From Gemmatimonadales bacterium (GTDB taxonomy: Bacteria > Gemmatimonadota > Gemmatimonadetes > Gemmatimonadales > GWC2-71-9), in NCBI GenBank assembly GCA_038321865.1, contig JBBQFH010000041.1:1-19318 (forward strand): a stretch of 19,318 bases of DNA, read 5' to 3'. The notes under the pieces were generated by a model. The model saw only the letters and a program-made list of their open reading frames with translations, was not told where the DNA came from and did not search any database. How positions within the stretch are numbered: the stretch's first letter is position 1; every line of letters starts with the position of its first letter. Made by a program: the position numbers and the translations under genes. Shown piece after piece: positions 1-7,859 of the stretch.

Positions 1-2
1 TC

Positions 3-950
3 GGCACGATCGGACTGGTCGACTTCGACGCCGTGGACCTCACCAACCTTCAGCGACAGATCCTGCACTCGACTGCGTCGGTCGGACGCTCGAAGCTCGA
101 ATCGGCAGCCGAGCGGATCGCCGCGCTCAATCCGGGGGTGCGTGTCGAGCCGCACGACCTCCGGCTCTCCTCTGCTGACGCCTTGCAGCTCGTTTCGGCG
201 TACGACGTCGTGCTGGATGGGTCCGATAACTTTCCGACCCGCTATCTCGTGAACGACGCCTGCGTGCTTGCCGGCCGGCCCTATGTCTACGGAAGCATCT
301 TCCGCTTCGAGGGCCAGGCATCGGTCTTCGCCACCCCTGACGGCCCGTGCTATCGCTGTCTGTATCCTGAGCCTCCACCGCCAGGCATGGTTCCGACTTG
401 CGCGGAAGGCGGCGTGCTCGGTGTCCTGCCGGGCATCATCGGCAGTATCCAGGCGCTCGAGACGATCAAGCTGGTGCTTGGGGTGGGGGAGACGCTGGCG
501 GGCCGGCTGCTGGTGTTCGACGCGCTTCGGCTGAGGTTCCGCGAACTCAGGCTCCGCAAGGACCCGGCATGCCCCGTCTGCGGCAACAACCCGACGATCC
601 GGGAGCTGATCGACTACGACGCGTTTTGTGGAGTGCCGTCGCCGGGCGGCGCGGGGACTGGCGAGATCACCGCGGACCAGCTGCGGGCGGAGCTGGCAAA
701 CCCGGCATCGGTTACGCTGCTCGATGTGCGTGAGCCGCATGAGTGGGCGGCCGGCCGCATCGACGGCGCGATCCACATTCCCCTCGGCCAGCTCGCGGCG
801 CGCGCGGGCGAACTGGACCGGAGCAAGCCGGTCGTCGCCTACTGTCACCTCGGCGGACGGTCACTTCGGGCGCTTGAGACGCTGCGTGAAGCCGGGTTCA
901 GCTCGGCGAGAAGCCTGGCGGGGGGGATCCGTGCGTGGGAGGGTGCCTGA
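3..950 (+). CDS. moeB: Molybdopterin-synthase adenylyltransferase/sulfurtransferase, MoeB/MoeZ type (ThiF/E1 domain + C-terminal rhodanese); 5' end lies outside the window
   Basis: Frame is open from base 3 (GTIGLVDFDAVDLTNLQRQ). Motifs: DGSDNFPTRY, Zn-binding CYRC and CPVC, CAEGGVLG, then rhodanese LLDVRE..EW..G.I.GA.HIP and active-site loop YCHLGGRS. Confidence 0.9.
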   Translation, partial: GTIGLVDFDAVDLTNLQRQILHSTASVGRSKLESAAERIAALNPGVRVEPHDLRLSSADALQLVSAYDVVLDGSDNFPTRYLVNDACVLAGRPYVYGSIFRFEGQASVFATPDGPCYRCLYPEPPPPGMVPTCAEGGVLGVLPGIIGSIQALETIKLVLGVGETLAGRLLVFDALRLRFRELRLRKDPACPVCGNNPTIRELIDYDAFCGVPSPGGAGTGEITADQLRAELANPASVTLLDVREPHEWAAGRIDGAIHIPLGQLAARAGELDRSKPVVAYCHLGGRSLRALETLREAGFSSARSLAGGIRAWEGA

Positions 951-975
951 CACTGACTGATCACAAGAGCTGGAG

Positions 976-1059
976 TGCCGAAGGCGGGACTCGAACCCGC
1001 ACGGGCTTGCGCCCACTGCGCCCTGAACGCAGCGCGTCTACCAGTTCCACCACTTCGGC
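976..1059 (-). tRNA. tRNA-Leu, anticodon CAG (type II, long variable arm); CCA not encoded
   Basis: Reverse complement folds as a cloverleaf: acceptor GCCGAAG/CTTCGGC + discriminator A, D loop with TGGTAGA, anticodon stem CTGCG/CGCAG with loop TT-CAG-GG, variable arm GGGC-GCAA-GCCC, T arm GCGGG-TTCGAGT-CCCGC. Confidence 0.97.
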
Positions 1060-1068
1060 GAGCCGGCA

Positions 1069-1098
1069 ATTCTACCAACCTCGCCACGTTCGAGTCAA
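1069..1098 (-). promoter_or_regulatory. Putative sigma70-type promoter for tRNA-Leu
   Basis: Minus strand reads TTGACT-N18-TAGAAT with an extended -10 TGn, ending 9 nt before the tRNA 5' end. Confidence 0.7.
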
Positions 1099-1107
1099 GC
1101 GGAGCCG

Positions 1108-1136
1108 TTGATTCTCCCTCGTGCGTGGCCTATCAT
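1108..1136 (+). promoter_or_regulatory. Putative sigma70-type promoter for the smpB operon
   Basis: TTGATT (1108-1113)-N17-TATCAT (1131-1136), just upstream of GTG at 1154. Confidence 0.65.
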
Positions 1137-1153
1137 TTGCTCGAGACCACACC

Positions 1154-1639
1154 GTGCCAGAGAAAACGCCCCCATCCGCAGAGCGGAAGACGTCGGTCGC
1201 CCGGAATCCGAAGGCGACGCATGACTACCACGTCCTCGAGACGTGGGAGACCGGTATCGTGCTCACCGGCACCGAAGTGAAGTCGCTCCGGAGTGGGAAG
1301 GCGTCCATCAAGGAGGCCTACGCGCGTCTCCGCAATGGCGAAGTCTTCCTCGAAGGGATGAACATCACGCCGTACGAACAGGGCAATCGCTACAACCATG
1401 ACCCGGTGCGCACGCGCAAGCTGCTGCTGCATCGCAAGGAGATCGAGCGAATGATCGGCGGCGTCGAGCAGCAGGGGCTCACGCTCATTCCGCTGGAGCT
1501 CTACTTCAAGGGAGGACGGGCCAAGGTGGCGCTGGCGCTGGGACGCGGGAAGAAACAGCACGACAAGCGCGAGGACCTCAAGCGGCGGATCGCCGAACGA
1601 GACGCCGCGCGTGCCGTGGCGACACGGAGACGGGGATGA
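1154..1639 (+). CDS. smpB: SsrA-binding protein SmpB
   Basis: Motifs NPKATHDY, GIVLTGTEVKSLR, NHDPVRTRKLLLH, GKKQHDKRE. Start moved to GTG 1154 because the track's start at 1121 lies inside the predicted promoter. Confidence 0.97.
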   Translation: MPEKTPPSAERKTSVARNPKATHDYHVLETWETGIVLTGTEVKSLRSGKASIKEAYARLRNGEVFLEGMNITPYEQGNRYNHDPVRTRKLLLHRKEIERMIGGVEQQGLTLIPLELYFKGGRAKVALALGRGKKQHDKREDLKRRIAERDAARAVATRRRG

Positions 1640-2868
1640 TCCCCCTGCTGGCGATGCTGGCTGCCGTGAGCGCCACGCCGCCAAGCTGGGTGACGATCGC
1701 AACCATCCGGGGTGAGCAGAGCATCGAGGTGCGCGCGGACGGCACCGGCGCGCCGATGCTCGCGGCCTCGCCGCTGGTCGCGGCGCTTGGCGGCACGCTC
1801 AGGGTGTCCGGCGCGTGGGCCGAAGTGAGCATCGGCCGCCAGCCGTTCCGATTTCTGATCGGAGCCCCCTTCTACTCGTTCAACAATCATATGCAGCCGC
1901 TTGCCGCAGCCGCCGGCATGGCACGCGACACGTTGTACCTTCCGCTGCAGTTCGTGGCCGAGCTGCTGCCGCGCCTCCTCGGCGACCGGTATCACTATGA
2001 CCCGTCGCTGGCCCGGCTGAGCGAGGCGGGCGCCCCCGAGGCCGCCCCCGCGCCGCCGGCCGAGGTGACGCGCCGCAGCCCGGGCGTGACAGGCGAACGT
2101 CCTGGGGACGACGGGCCGCGGCTGGCGTCGGGAATTCGTCCCGGACACCTCGTCACCGTCGATCCCGGCCACGGCGGAGTGGACCCGGGGAACCCCGGGA
2201 TGTTTTTCCCCAGAGGCGTTCGTGAGAAGGACGTCACGCTCCAGATCGGCCTGCTCGTGCGAGAGGAGCTGCGTCGTCGAGGCGTCACCGTCCGCATGAC
2301 CCGGACGACCGACACGCTGATCGCCCTCGGCGAGCGTGGAAGCTACTGCAGCGACGGCTGTGACCTCTTTCTCAGCATTCACATCAACTCACTCCCCAAG
2401 CGGCCGGGCTATACCGGTGCCCGCGGCTTCGAGACCTATTTTCTGGCGGAGGCGAAGACCGAGGATGCGCGCCGCGTGGCGCGGATGGAGAACGAGGCGG
2501 TACGGTTCGAGAAGGAAACGGTGGATGCGGGCCCCGTCGGCGGCCTCGACTTCATTCTGAAGGACCTCCAGCTGAACGAACACCTTCGCGAGTCGGCGCT
2601 GCTGGCGGAGACGGTGCAGGGCAGTCTCGATCGGGTCCATCCCGGTACCAACCGCGGAGTGAAGCAGGCGGGGTTCATGGTACTGACGACGGCCCGACGG
2701 CCGGCGGTCCTGGCGGAGCTCGGGTATAGCACGAATCCTGACGACGGCCGGCTGCTCACGCGCCCGTCGAGCCAGCGGGAGCTCGCGGTCGGACTCGCCG
2801 ACGCGGTGGTGGCCTACCTCCGCGAATACGAGCGGCGATCCGACGCCAGTGGCGGAGCCTCGCGGTGA
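1636..2868 (+). CDS. N-acetylmuramoyl-L-alanine amidase (Amidase_3, AmiB/AmiC-like) with short signal peptide and non-catalytic N-terminal domain
   Basis: Zn/catalytic motifs VDPGHGG, EKDVTL, FLSIHINS, VLAELGY, plus RGFETY and VKQAGFMVL. ATGA overlap with the smpB stop. Confidence 0.93.
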   Translation: MIPLLAMLAAVSATPPSWVTIATIRGEQSIEVRADGTGAPMLAASPLVAALGGTLRVSGAWAEVSIGRQPFRFLIGAPFYSFNNHMQPLAAAAGMARDTLYLPLQFVAELLPRLLGDRYHYDPSLARLSEAGAPEAAPAPPAEVTRRSPGVTGERPGDDGPRLASGIRPGHLVTVDPGHGGVDPGNPGMFFPRGVREKDVTLQIGLLVREELRRRGVTVRMTRTTDTLIALGERGSYCSDGCDLFLSIHINSLPKRPGYTGARGFETYFLAEAKTEDARRVARMENEAVRFEKETVDAGPVGGLDFILKDLQLNEHLRESALLAETVQGSLDRVHPGTNRGVKQAGFMVLTTARRPAVLAELGYSTNPDDGRLLTRPSSQRELAVGLADAVVAYLREYERRSDASGGASR

Positions 2869-4259
2869 GAACGGCACCGCTCGCGGCTCTCCTGCTGCTC
2901 TCCGGCTGTGTTTATTACAACGGAGTGTACAACGCGAAGCGCCTGGCCCGGTCGGCCGAGCGGGCCGAATCCGAGGGTCGGACCATCGAGGCCAGGGACT
3001 TCTGGAGCCAGGTGGTGGTCAAGGCCGATTCGGTGGTCGCGCGCCATCCGGCCAGCGAGTACGTGCCGCAAGTGCAGCTGCTCAAGGCGCGCGCGCTGGC
3101 CCGCATGGGGCAGTGCGCCGAAGCAGTACCGGCGCTGGAGCAGTCGCTGGCGGCAGCCCGCGACTCCGCTGCCATCGAGGCGGGGACGTTCGAGCTCGCC
3201 CGCTGCCAGGCCTCGCTCGGGAACGTCGCCGCGGCGGCCGACGTCTATGGGCGGATCCGGCAGAGCCGGGATCCGCAGCGCCGGCATGAGGCGCAGTACC
3301 AGTATGCCCACGCGCTGGTTCTGGCAGGCCGATACCAGCAGGCACTGGATGCGCTCGGCGGGCTGGACGATCCGCGCGCGCCGTATGAGCGAATGGTCGC
3401 GCTTGCCGGCGTGGGTCGCCTGGCCGACGCCGGCACGCTCGTCGACTCGGCCATCGCGCGAGCGGACACGTCCGCGCCCTGGGACTCCCTGCTGAGCGCA
3501 GCTGGGCGCAGGGATCCGGCGGCGACCAGCGCGCTGATCGACCGGCTGATCGTTATGCCCGGCCCGAACATGGAAACGAAGGCGAGGTGGCTGCTTGGCG
3601 ATGGCCTTCGTCTGGCGCCGGTGGATTCGTCGCGCGGAAACGCGCGACTGGCCCAGGCGGCGCTCGTCGGCGGTGCGGCGCCGTCAGCGGGTATGGCTCG
3701 CCTCGCTCGCATCCGCATCTCGCTCGCCCGGGCGCGTACCTCGGCGGAGCTCGCTGTCGTCGTCGATTCACTCGAGCCGCTCCGTGACGCCGCTGGCCCC
3801 CGCCAGGAGGCGGCGGCGCTGTACGACGCAACCGTGCTGATCAGAGCGGCCACGGACTCCGCGGCGGCCAAGGCGCCGCGGGCTGATCTGGCGCTGTTCC
3901 TCGCGGCGGAGACTGCTCGCGATGCATTGTCACTGCCGGTGATGGCGCGGATGCTGTTCCAGCGACTCGCCGACGAGTGGCCCCGGTCGGCCTATGCGCC
4001 CAAAGCGTTGCTGGCGCTGCATGCACTGAACCCGGAGTTTGCGCCGGATGTCCAGCTGCTCCTTCAGCAGCGCTATCCGGACAGTCCCTATGTGGCCGCG
4101 CTGCGTGGCGAGAGCGTCCCGCAGCTCCGCGTGCTGGAGGATTCCATGAGCGCGTTTGCCGCGTCGGCCAATCTCGTCGGGGTGCCGCGACCCGGTGCGC
4201 CGACGGGCAAGCCGGGCGCGGTGGCACCGGGCGTCCGACGTCCGGTCGAACCCCAGTAG
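2865..4259 (+). CDS. Tetratricopeptide-repeat-like lipoprotein, function unknown
   Basis: Lipobox LLLLSG-C15. Ala/Leu-rich helical repeats with HPASEY, WPRSAYAPKAL and YPDSPY turns typical of TPR proteins. Pro/Gly-rich tail. GTGA overlap with the amidase stop. Confidence 0.75.
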   Translation: MRTAPLAALLLLSGCVYYNGVYNAKRLARSAERAESEGRTIEARDFWSQVVVKADSVVARHPASEYVPQVQLLKARALARMGQCAEAVPALEQSLAAARDSAAIEAGTFELARCQASLGNVAAAADVYGRIRQSRDPQRRHEAQYQYAHALVLAGRYQQALDALGGLDDPRAPYERMVALAGVGRLADAGTLVDSAIARADTSAPWDSLLSAAGRRDPAATSALIDRLIVMPGPNMETKARWLLGDGLRLAPVDSSRGNARLAQAALVGGAAPSAGMARLARIRISLARARTSAELAVVVDSLEPLRDAAGPRQEAAALYDATVLIRAATDSAAAKAPRADLALFLAAETARDALSLPVMARMLFQRLADEWPRSAYAPKALLALHALNPEFAPDVQLLLQQRYPDSPYVAALRGESVPQLRVLEDSMSAFAASANLVGVPRPGAPTGKPGAVAPGVRRPVEPQ

Positions 4260-5131
4260 TGACCGATCTCGGGCGCACCGTCTTCGGTCACCGCTTTCAG
4301 AATCCGGTCGTGCTGGCCGCGGGGACAGCCGGATTCGGCCGGGAGCTCGTGGGAGTGATGCTGCTGGACCGGCTCGGCGGGCTCGTGAGCAAGGCGGTGT
4401 CCGCCGATCCGCGAGCGGGGAACCCCGCGCCGAGAGTCGCCGAGTTTCCGGGCGGCATGCTCAATTCGGTCGGACTGGCCAACCCCGGGTTGGCCCACGT
4501 GCAGGAGCATGAGCTTCCATGGCTGGCCGCGCATCTGCGTGAGGCGCGACTGATCGTGAATGTCGTGGGTTTCATCGCTGAGGAGTACGCCCGCGTGGTC
4601 GAGGGTCTGACGGGCTTCGAGGTGGTGACTGCTTTCGAGCTGAACCTTTCCTGCCCCAATACCCATGCTGGCGGCATCGAGTTCGGAGCCGATCCCGCCA
4701 TGGTTCGCCGGGTGGTGGCCGGGTGCCGCGCCGTGACGGCGCGTCCGCTGCTGGTGAAGCTCTCTCCCGCACTTCCCGATATCGCGGCGACGGCCAAGGT
4801 CGCACAGGACGCCGGGGCGGACGGGATCAGCGTAGTGAACACGCTGCCAGGGCTGCTGTACGGGCAGGACGGACGTGGCGGGGCACGCTTGGGACAGGGG
4901 AACGGCGGGGTCAGCGGACCCGCGCTTCTGCCGGTCGGTGTTCTGGCGGCCGCGCGCGTTGTCGAGCGAACCGGGCTTCCCGTCATCGGAGTCGGCGGGG
5001 TCCGCAGCGCCGCGGATGCCCGGCAGTATCTGCGGGTCGGCGCGTCACTCGTCGGTATCGGCACCGCGGCGCTGGCGGACCCTCGACTGCCGGGACGTGT
5101 CATTCGCGAGCTGGAGGCCTGGGATGGCTGA
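4259..5131 (+). CDS. pyrD: Dihydroorotate dehydrogenase, family 1 (1B-like catalytic subunit)
   Basis: NPVVLAAGT, GNPAPRVAE, MLNSVGLANPG, catalytic ELNLSCPN, VKLSP, VNT, GGVSG, IGVGGV. GTG at 4259 overlaps the preceding TAG by 1 nt. Confidence 0.93.
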   Translation: MTDLGRTVFGHRFQNPVVLAAGTAGFGRELVGVMLLDRLGGLVSKAVSADPRAGNPAPRVAEFPGGMLNSVGLANPGLAHVQEHELPWLAAHLREARLIVNVVGFIAEEYARVVEGLTGFEVVTAFELNLSCPNTHAGGIEFGADPAMVRRVVAGCRAVTARPLLVKLSPALPDIAATAKVAQDAGADGISVVNTLPGLLYGQDGRGGARLGQGNGGVSGPALLPVGVLAAARVVERTGLPVIGVGGVRSAADARQYLRVGASLVGIGTAALADPRLPGRVIRELEAWDG

Positions 5132-5816
5132 GGTCATCATCGCACTCGACATGCCGAGCGCCGCCGGGGCGCTGGCGCTGCTCGATCGCATTCCAGGTGT
5201 TCGCTGGGCCAAGGTCGGATCGATCCTGATGACCAGCGAAGGGCCGGCCCTGATTCGCGAGCTGCGAGATCGCGGATTGCGGGTCTTCCTGGATCTCAAG
5301 TGGCACGACATCCCGAACACGGTAGCCGGAGCGGTTGCGGCAGCCCGCGACGCCGGCATCGCCATGGCGACCGTTCACACCCTCGGCGGCATCGAGATGA
5401 TGCGGGCGGCGGCTGCAGCGGCGGGGGAGCACCTCACCGTCGTCGGTGTGACGGTGCTCACGTCGCACGACGCCGCCGGCCTCGCCGGCGTGCTGGGTCG
5501 CCCGGTGGTCGCCGTGGCGGACGAAGTGATCCGGCTGGCCCGCACGGCGCGCGAGGCGGGGCTGGCCGGCGTGGTGTGCTCGCCGCACGAAGTGGCGAGG
5601 GTTCGTGCCGAGCTGGGTGAGTCGGCGCTCATCGTCGCGCCGGGGATCCGCCGGCGAGCCGACGCCGCCGGTGATCAGCGACGTACGGCGACCGCCGCGG
5701 AGGCGGCACGCGATGGCGCGACCCACGTCGTGGTCGGTCGGCCGATTACCGGGGCGGCGGATCCGGCCGGCGCCTTCGCCGACCTGTCCGCGGAGGCGGG
5801 ATGGACGGCCGAGTGA
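5124..5816 (+). CDS. pyrF: Orotidine-5'-phosphate decarboxylase
   Basis: IIALD, AKVG, signature FLDLKWHDIPNTV, VTVLTS, PGIR, DQRR, VVGRPIT. GGAGG SD upstream of ATG 5124. Confidence 0.96.
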   Translation: MAEVIIALDMPSAAGALALLDRIPGVRWAKVGSILMTSEGPALIRELRDRGLRVFLDLKWHDIPNTVAGAVAAARDAGIAMATVHTLGGIEMMRAAAAAAGEHLTVVGVTVLTSHDAAGLAGVLGRPVVAVADEVIRLARTAREAGLAGVVCSPHEVARVRAELGESALIVAPGIRRRADAAGDQRRTATAAEAARDGATHVVVGRPITGAADPAGAFADLSAEAGWTAE

Positions 5817-6226
5817 TCGCGGTCGTGGCGGCCCTGCTGCTGGGGACCGCGTGCCCGGGCATGGCGCAGGGATGGTCGCTGGACTCCGCCGCGCGCACCG
5901 TCCGAAGCGCATGGTTCCGGCACGACGCGGCGGCGCTGTCCGCCGCCGGTGTCGAGATCATGGTGGAGCTGCCCGGGACGGCACCAGCGCCCGCGGTGGA
6001 CCGGGCGCAGGCGGCCGCGCTGCTCCGGGACTATCTCGCCGGGACCACGGAAGTCGAGGTGGCGGTCCGCTCGGCGCGTGAGATCGAGCGCGGCGTTGGC
6101 TATGTGGAGCTCGCCCGGCGGTTCCGGCCGGCCCGGACGCAGGAGTTGCGGAGCCAGCGCGTCCTCCTGGGCTTCCGCCGACGGGGTGCAGGGTGGGATC
6201 TGGTCGAGCTTCGGGTACTCGATTAG
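5801..6226 (+). CDS. Exported hypothetical protein (141 aa), possibly NTF2-like/DUF4783-like
   Basis: GGAGG SD and hydrophobic N-terminal signal (VIAVVAALLLG). Fills the gap between pyrF and the rpmJ promoter. Family guess rests only on RAQAAALLRDYL and the C-terminal beta-strand pattern. Confidence 0.65.
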   Translation: MDGRVIAVVAALLLGTACPGMAQGWSLDSAARTVRSAWFRHDAAALSAAGVEIMVELPGTAPAPAVDRAQAAALLRDYLAGTTEVEVAVRSAREIERGVGYVELARRFRPARTQELRSQRVLLGFRRRGAGWDLVELRVLD

Positions 6227-6246
6227 AGAGGTCCAACCACCGCGCC

Positions 6247-6275
6247 TTGCGTGACTTCCGGGCCCAATCTATATT
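6247..6275 (+). promoter_or_regulatory. Putative sigma70-type promoter for the rpmJ-alpha operon
   Basis: TTGCGT (6247-6252)-N17-TATATT (6270-6275) in an AT-enriched intergenic stretch. AGGAG SD at 6301-6305. Confidence 0.65.
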
Positions 6276-6311
6276 GGAAAGCTAGTCCCTAAACTGGCCC
6301 AGGAGACACGC

Positions 6312-6428
6312 GTGAAGGTTCGTTCGAGTGTAAAGCCGATCTGTGAGCACTGCAAGGTGGTCAAGCGCCAGGGCGTGACGCGCATCATCTGCAAGCGCAA
6401 TCCCAAGCACAAGCAGCGGCAGGGCTGA
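6312..6428 (+). CDS. rpmJ: 50S ribosomal protein L36 (Zn-binding form); not in ORF track
   Basis: Manual translation from [48 protein letters not shown] present. Confidence 0.97.
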   Translation: MKVRSSVKPICEHCKVVKRQGVTRIICKRNPKHKQRQG

Positions 6429-6430
6429 TC

Positions 6431-6811
6431 ATGGCACGTATCGCAGGAGTCGATCTTCCGCGCGAGAAGCGCGTCGAAGTCGCGCTCACGTACATCTACG
6501 GCATTGGCCGCCCCACCAGCGCCCGCATCCTGAATGAGACCGGCGTCAACGTCGACACCCGGGTCCGCGATCTGTCGGACGCCGAGGTGGCACGGCTGCG
6601 GCAGATCATCGAGCGGTCGGTGAAAGTGGAAGGCGCGCTTCGCACCGAAGTCGCCATGAACATCAAGCGCCTGATGGATATCGGGAGCTACCGCGGCATT
6701 CGGCATCGCCGGGGACTTCCGGTCCGCGGGCAGCGGACCCACACGAATGCGCGCACCAAGAAGGGTCCGCGTCGTGCCATCGCCGGCAAGAAGAAAGTGA
6801 CGAAGAAGTAA
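6431..6811 (+). CDS. rpsM: 30S ribosomal protein S13
   Basis: [44 protein letters not shown]. Confidence 0.98.
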   Translation: MARIAGVDLPREKRVEVALTYIYGIGRPTSARILNETGVNVDTRVRDLSDAEVARLRQIIERSVKVEGALRTEVAMNIKRLMDIGSYRGIRHRRGLPVRGQRTHTNARTKKGPRRAIAGKKKVTKK

Positions 6812-6812
6812 C

Positions 6813-7217
6813 ATGACGAGCCCCACACCAGCGCCGGCGAAGCCCGCAGGCAAGAAATCCAAGAAGGTGGTCGAGTCGGAGGGCATCGCGCATATCAGCG
6901 CGACGTTCAACAACGTGCTCATCACCATCACCGACCTGCGGGGCAACGCCCTCGCCTGGGGCACCGCGGGCAAGGCGGGCTTCAAGGGGTCGAAGAAGTC
7001 GACGCCGTTCGCCGCCACCGTGGCCGCCGAGAACTGCGGACGTGAAGCGATGAACCTGGGGCTCCGCCGGGTGCATGTCCGCGTGCAGGGCCCGGGCAGC
7101 GGCCGCGAGTCGGCCATCCAGGCGCTGGCGTCGGTCGGCCTCCGTGTGGTCTCGATCCGCGACGTCACGCCGATTCCTCATAACGGGTGCCGTCCCCCGA
7201 AGAAGCGGCGGGTCTGA
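6813..7217 (+). CDS. rpsK: 30S ribosomal protein S11
   Basis: [44 protein letters not shown]. Confidence 0.98.
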   Translation: MTSPTPAPAKPAGKKSKKVVESEGIAHISATFNNVLITITDLRGNALAWGTAGKAGFKGSKKSTPFAATVAAENCGREAMNLGLRRVHVRVQGPGSGRESAIQALASVGLRVVSIRDVTPIPHNGCRPPKKRRV

Positions 7218-7218
7218 C

Positions 7219-7857
7219 ATGTCACGCTATATCGGCCCGAGCTGCCGCCAGTGCCGGCGCGAAGGCACCAAGCTGTTCCTGAAGGGCACCAAGTGCCTGA
7301 CCGAGAAGTGCCCGGTCGAGCGCCGTCCGTATCCAGCCGGCCAGCACGGCCAGAGCGGCGGCGGACGCCCGCGGAAGACCTCGGAATACGCCAAGCAGCT
7401 GCGGGAAAAGCAGAAGGTCAAGCGGATGTACGGCCTCTCCGAGCGCCAGTTCCGCAACACCTTCGAATCGGCCAGCCTCGAGCCGGGCGTGAAGGGCACC
7501 AATCTGCTCGTGGCGCTCGAGACCCGACTGGACAATGTCGTCTACCGCCTGGGATTCGCCGCCAGCCGCAAGGCGGCGCGTCAGTTCATCCGGCATGGCC
7601 ACATCGAAGTCAACGGTCGCCGGGTGGACGTACCGTCGTTCCACGTCATTCCGGGCCACGAGGTCCGGGTGACCGAAGGCAGCCGCGAGCATCTGTCGGT
7701 GCAGGCCGCGCAGGAGCAGGCATCACGCGGCGCGCCGGTGGGCTGGCTGTCGGTCGACAGCGGCAAGGCCGCCGGCCGTCTCGTCGAGCGCCCCACGCGC
7801 GAGGCGATTCCCGTCAACGCACAGGAGCAGCTCATCGTCGAGCTGTACTCGAAGTGA
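7219..7857 (+). CDS. rpsD: 30S ribosomal protein S4 (Cys-containing form)
   Basis: [55 protein letters not shown]. Start is ATG 7219. Confidence 0.98.
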   Translation: MSRYIGPSCRQCRREGTKLFLKGTKCLTEKCPVERRPYPAGQHGQSGGGRPRKTSEYAKQLREKQKVKRMYGLSERQFRNTFESASLEPGVKGTNLLVALETRLDNVVYRLGFAASRKAARQFIRHGHIEVNGRRVDVPSFHVIPGHEVRVTEGSREHLSVQAAQEQASRGAPVGWLSVDSGKAAGRLVERPTREAIPVNAQEQLIVELYSK

Positions 7858-7859
7858 CC

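Noticed and set aside
930..962. Clustered TGA codons after moeB as possible selenocysteine/readthrough or truncation
   Set aside because: The rhodanese domain is complete through GGIRAW, a second in-frame TGA follows two codons later, and no SECIS-like hairpin is evident.
951..1059. tRNA-Leu as an integration site for a prophage or island
   Set aside because: No integrase, no duplicated tRNA 3' end seen in the window, and a housekeeping gene lies 25 bp away.
975..1280. 101-aa ORF MPKAGLEPAR...
   Set aside because: It is the antisense reading of the tRNA-Leu gene plus an off-frame part of smpB.
1060..1700. tmRNA (ssrA) next to smpB
   Set aside because: No intergenic space and no tmRNA-like termini. 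The adjacent RNA gene is a complete ordinary tRNA.
3977..4258. Cys-rich N-terminal extension of PyrD in the ORF track, as a possible Fe-S module replacing PyrK
   Set aside because: It overlaps the TPR gene in another frame, where Cys codons arise from Leu/Val-Arg/Ala codon junctions. PyrD homology begins at GTG 4259.
6269..7168. 299-aa minus-strand ORF across rpmJ-rpsM-rpsK
   Set aside because: Antisense shadow of conserved ribosomal protein genes.
7251..7859. Apparent 203-aa N-terminal extension of RpoA overlapping rpsD
   Set aside because: The extension is low-complexity Arg/Gly/Ala/Pro text from an alternate frame of rpsD. RpoA homology starts at ATG 7860, right after the rpsD stop.
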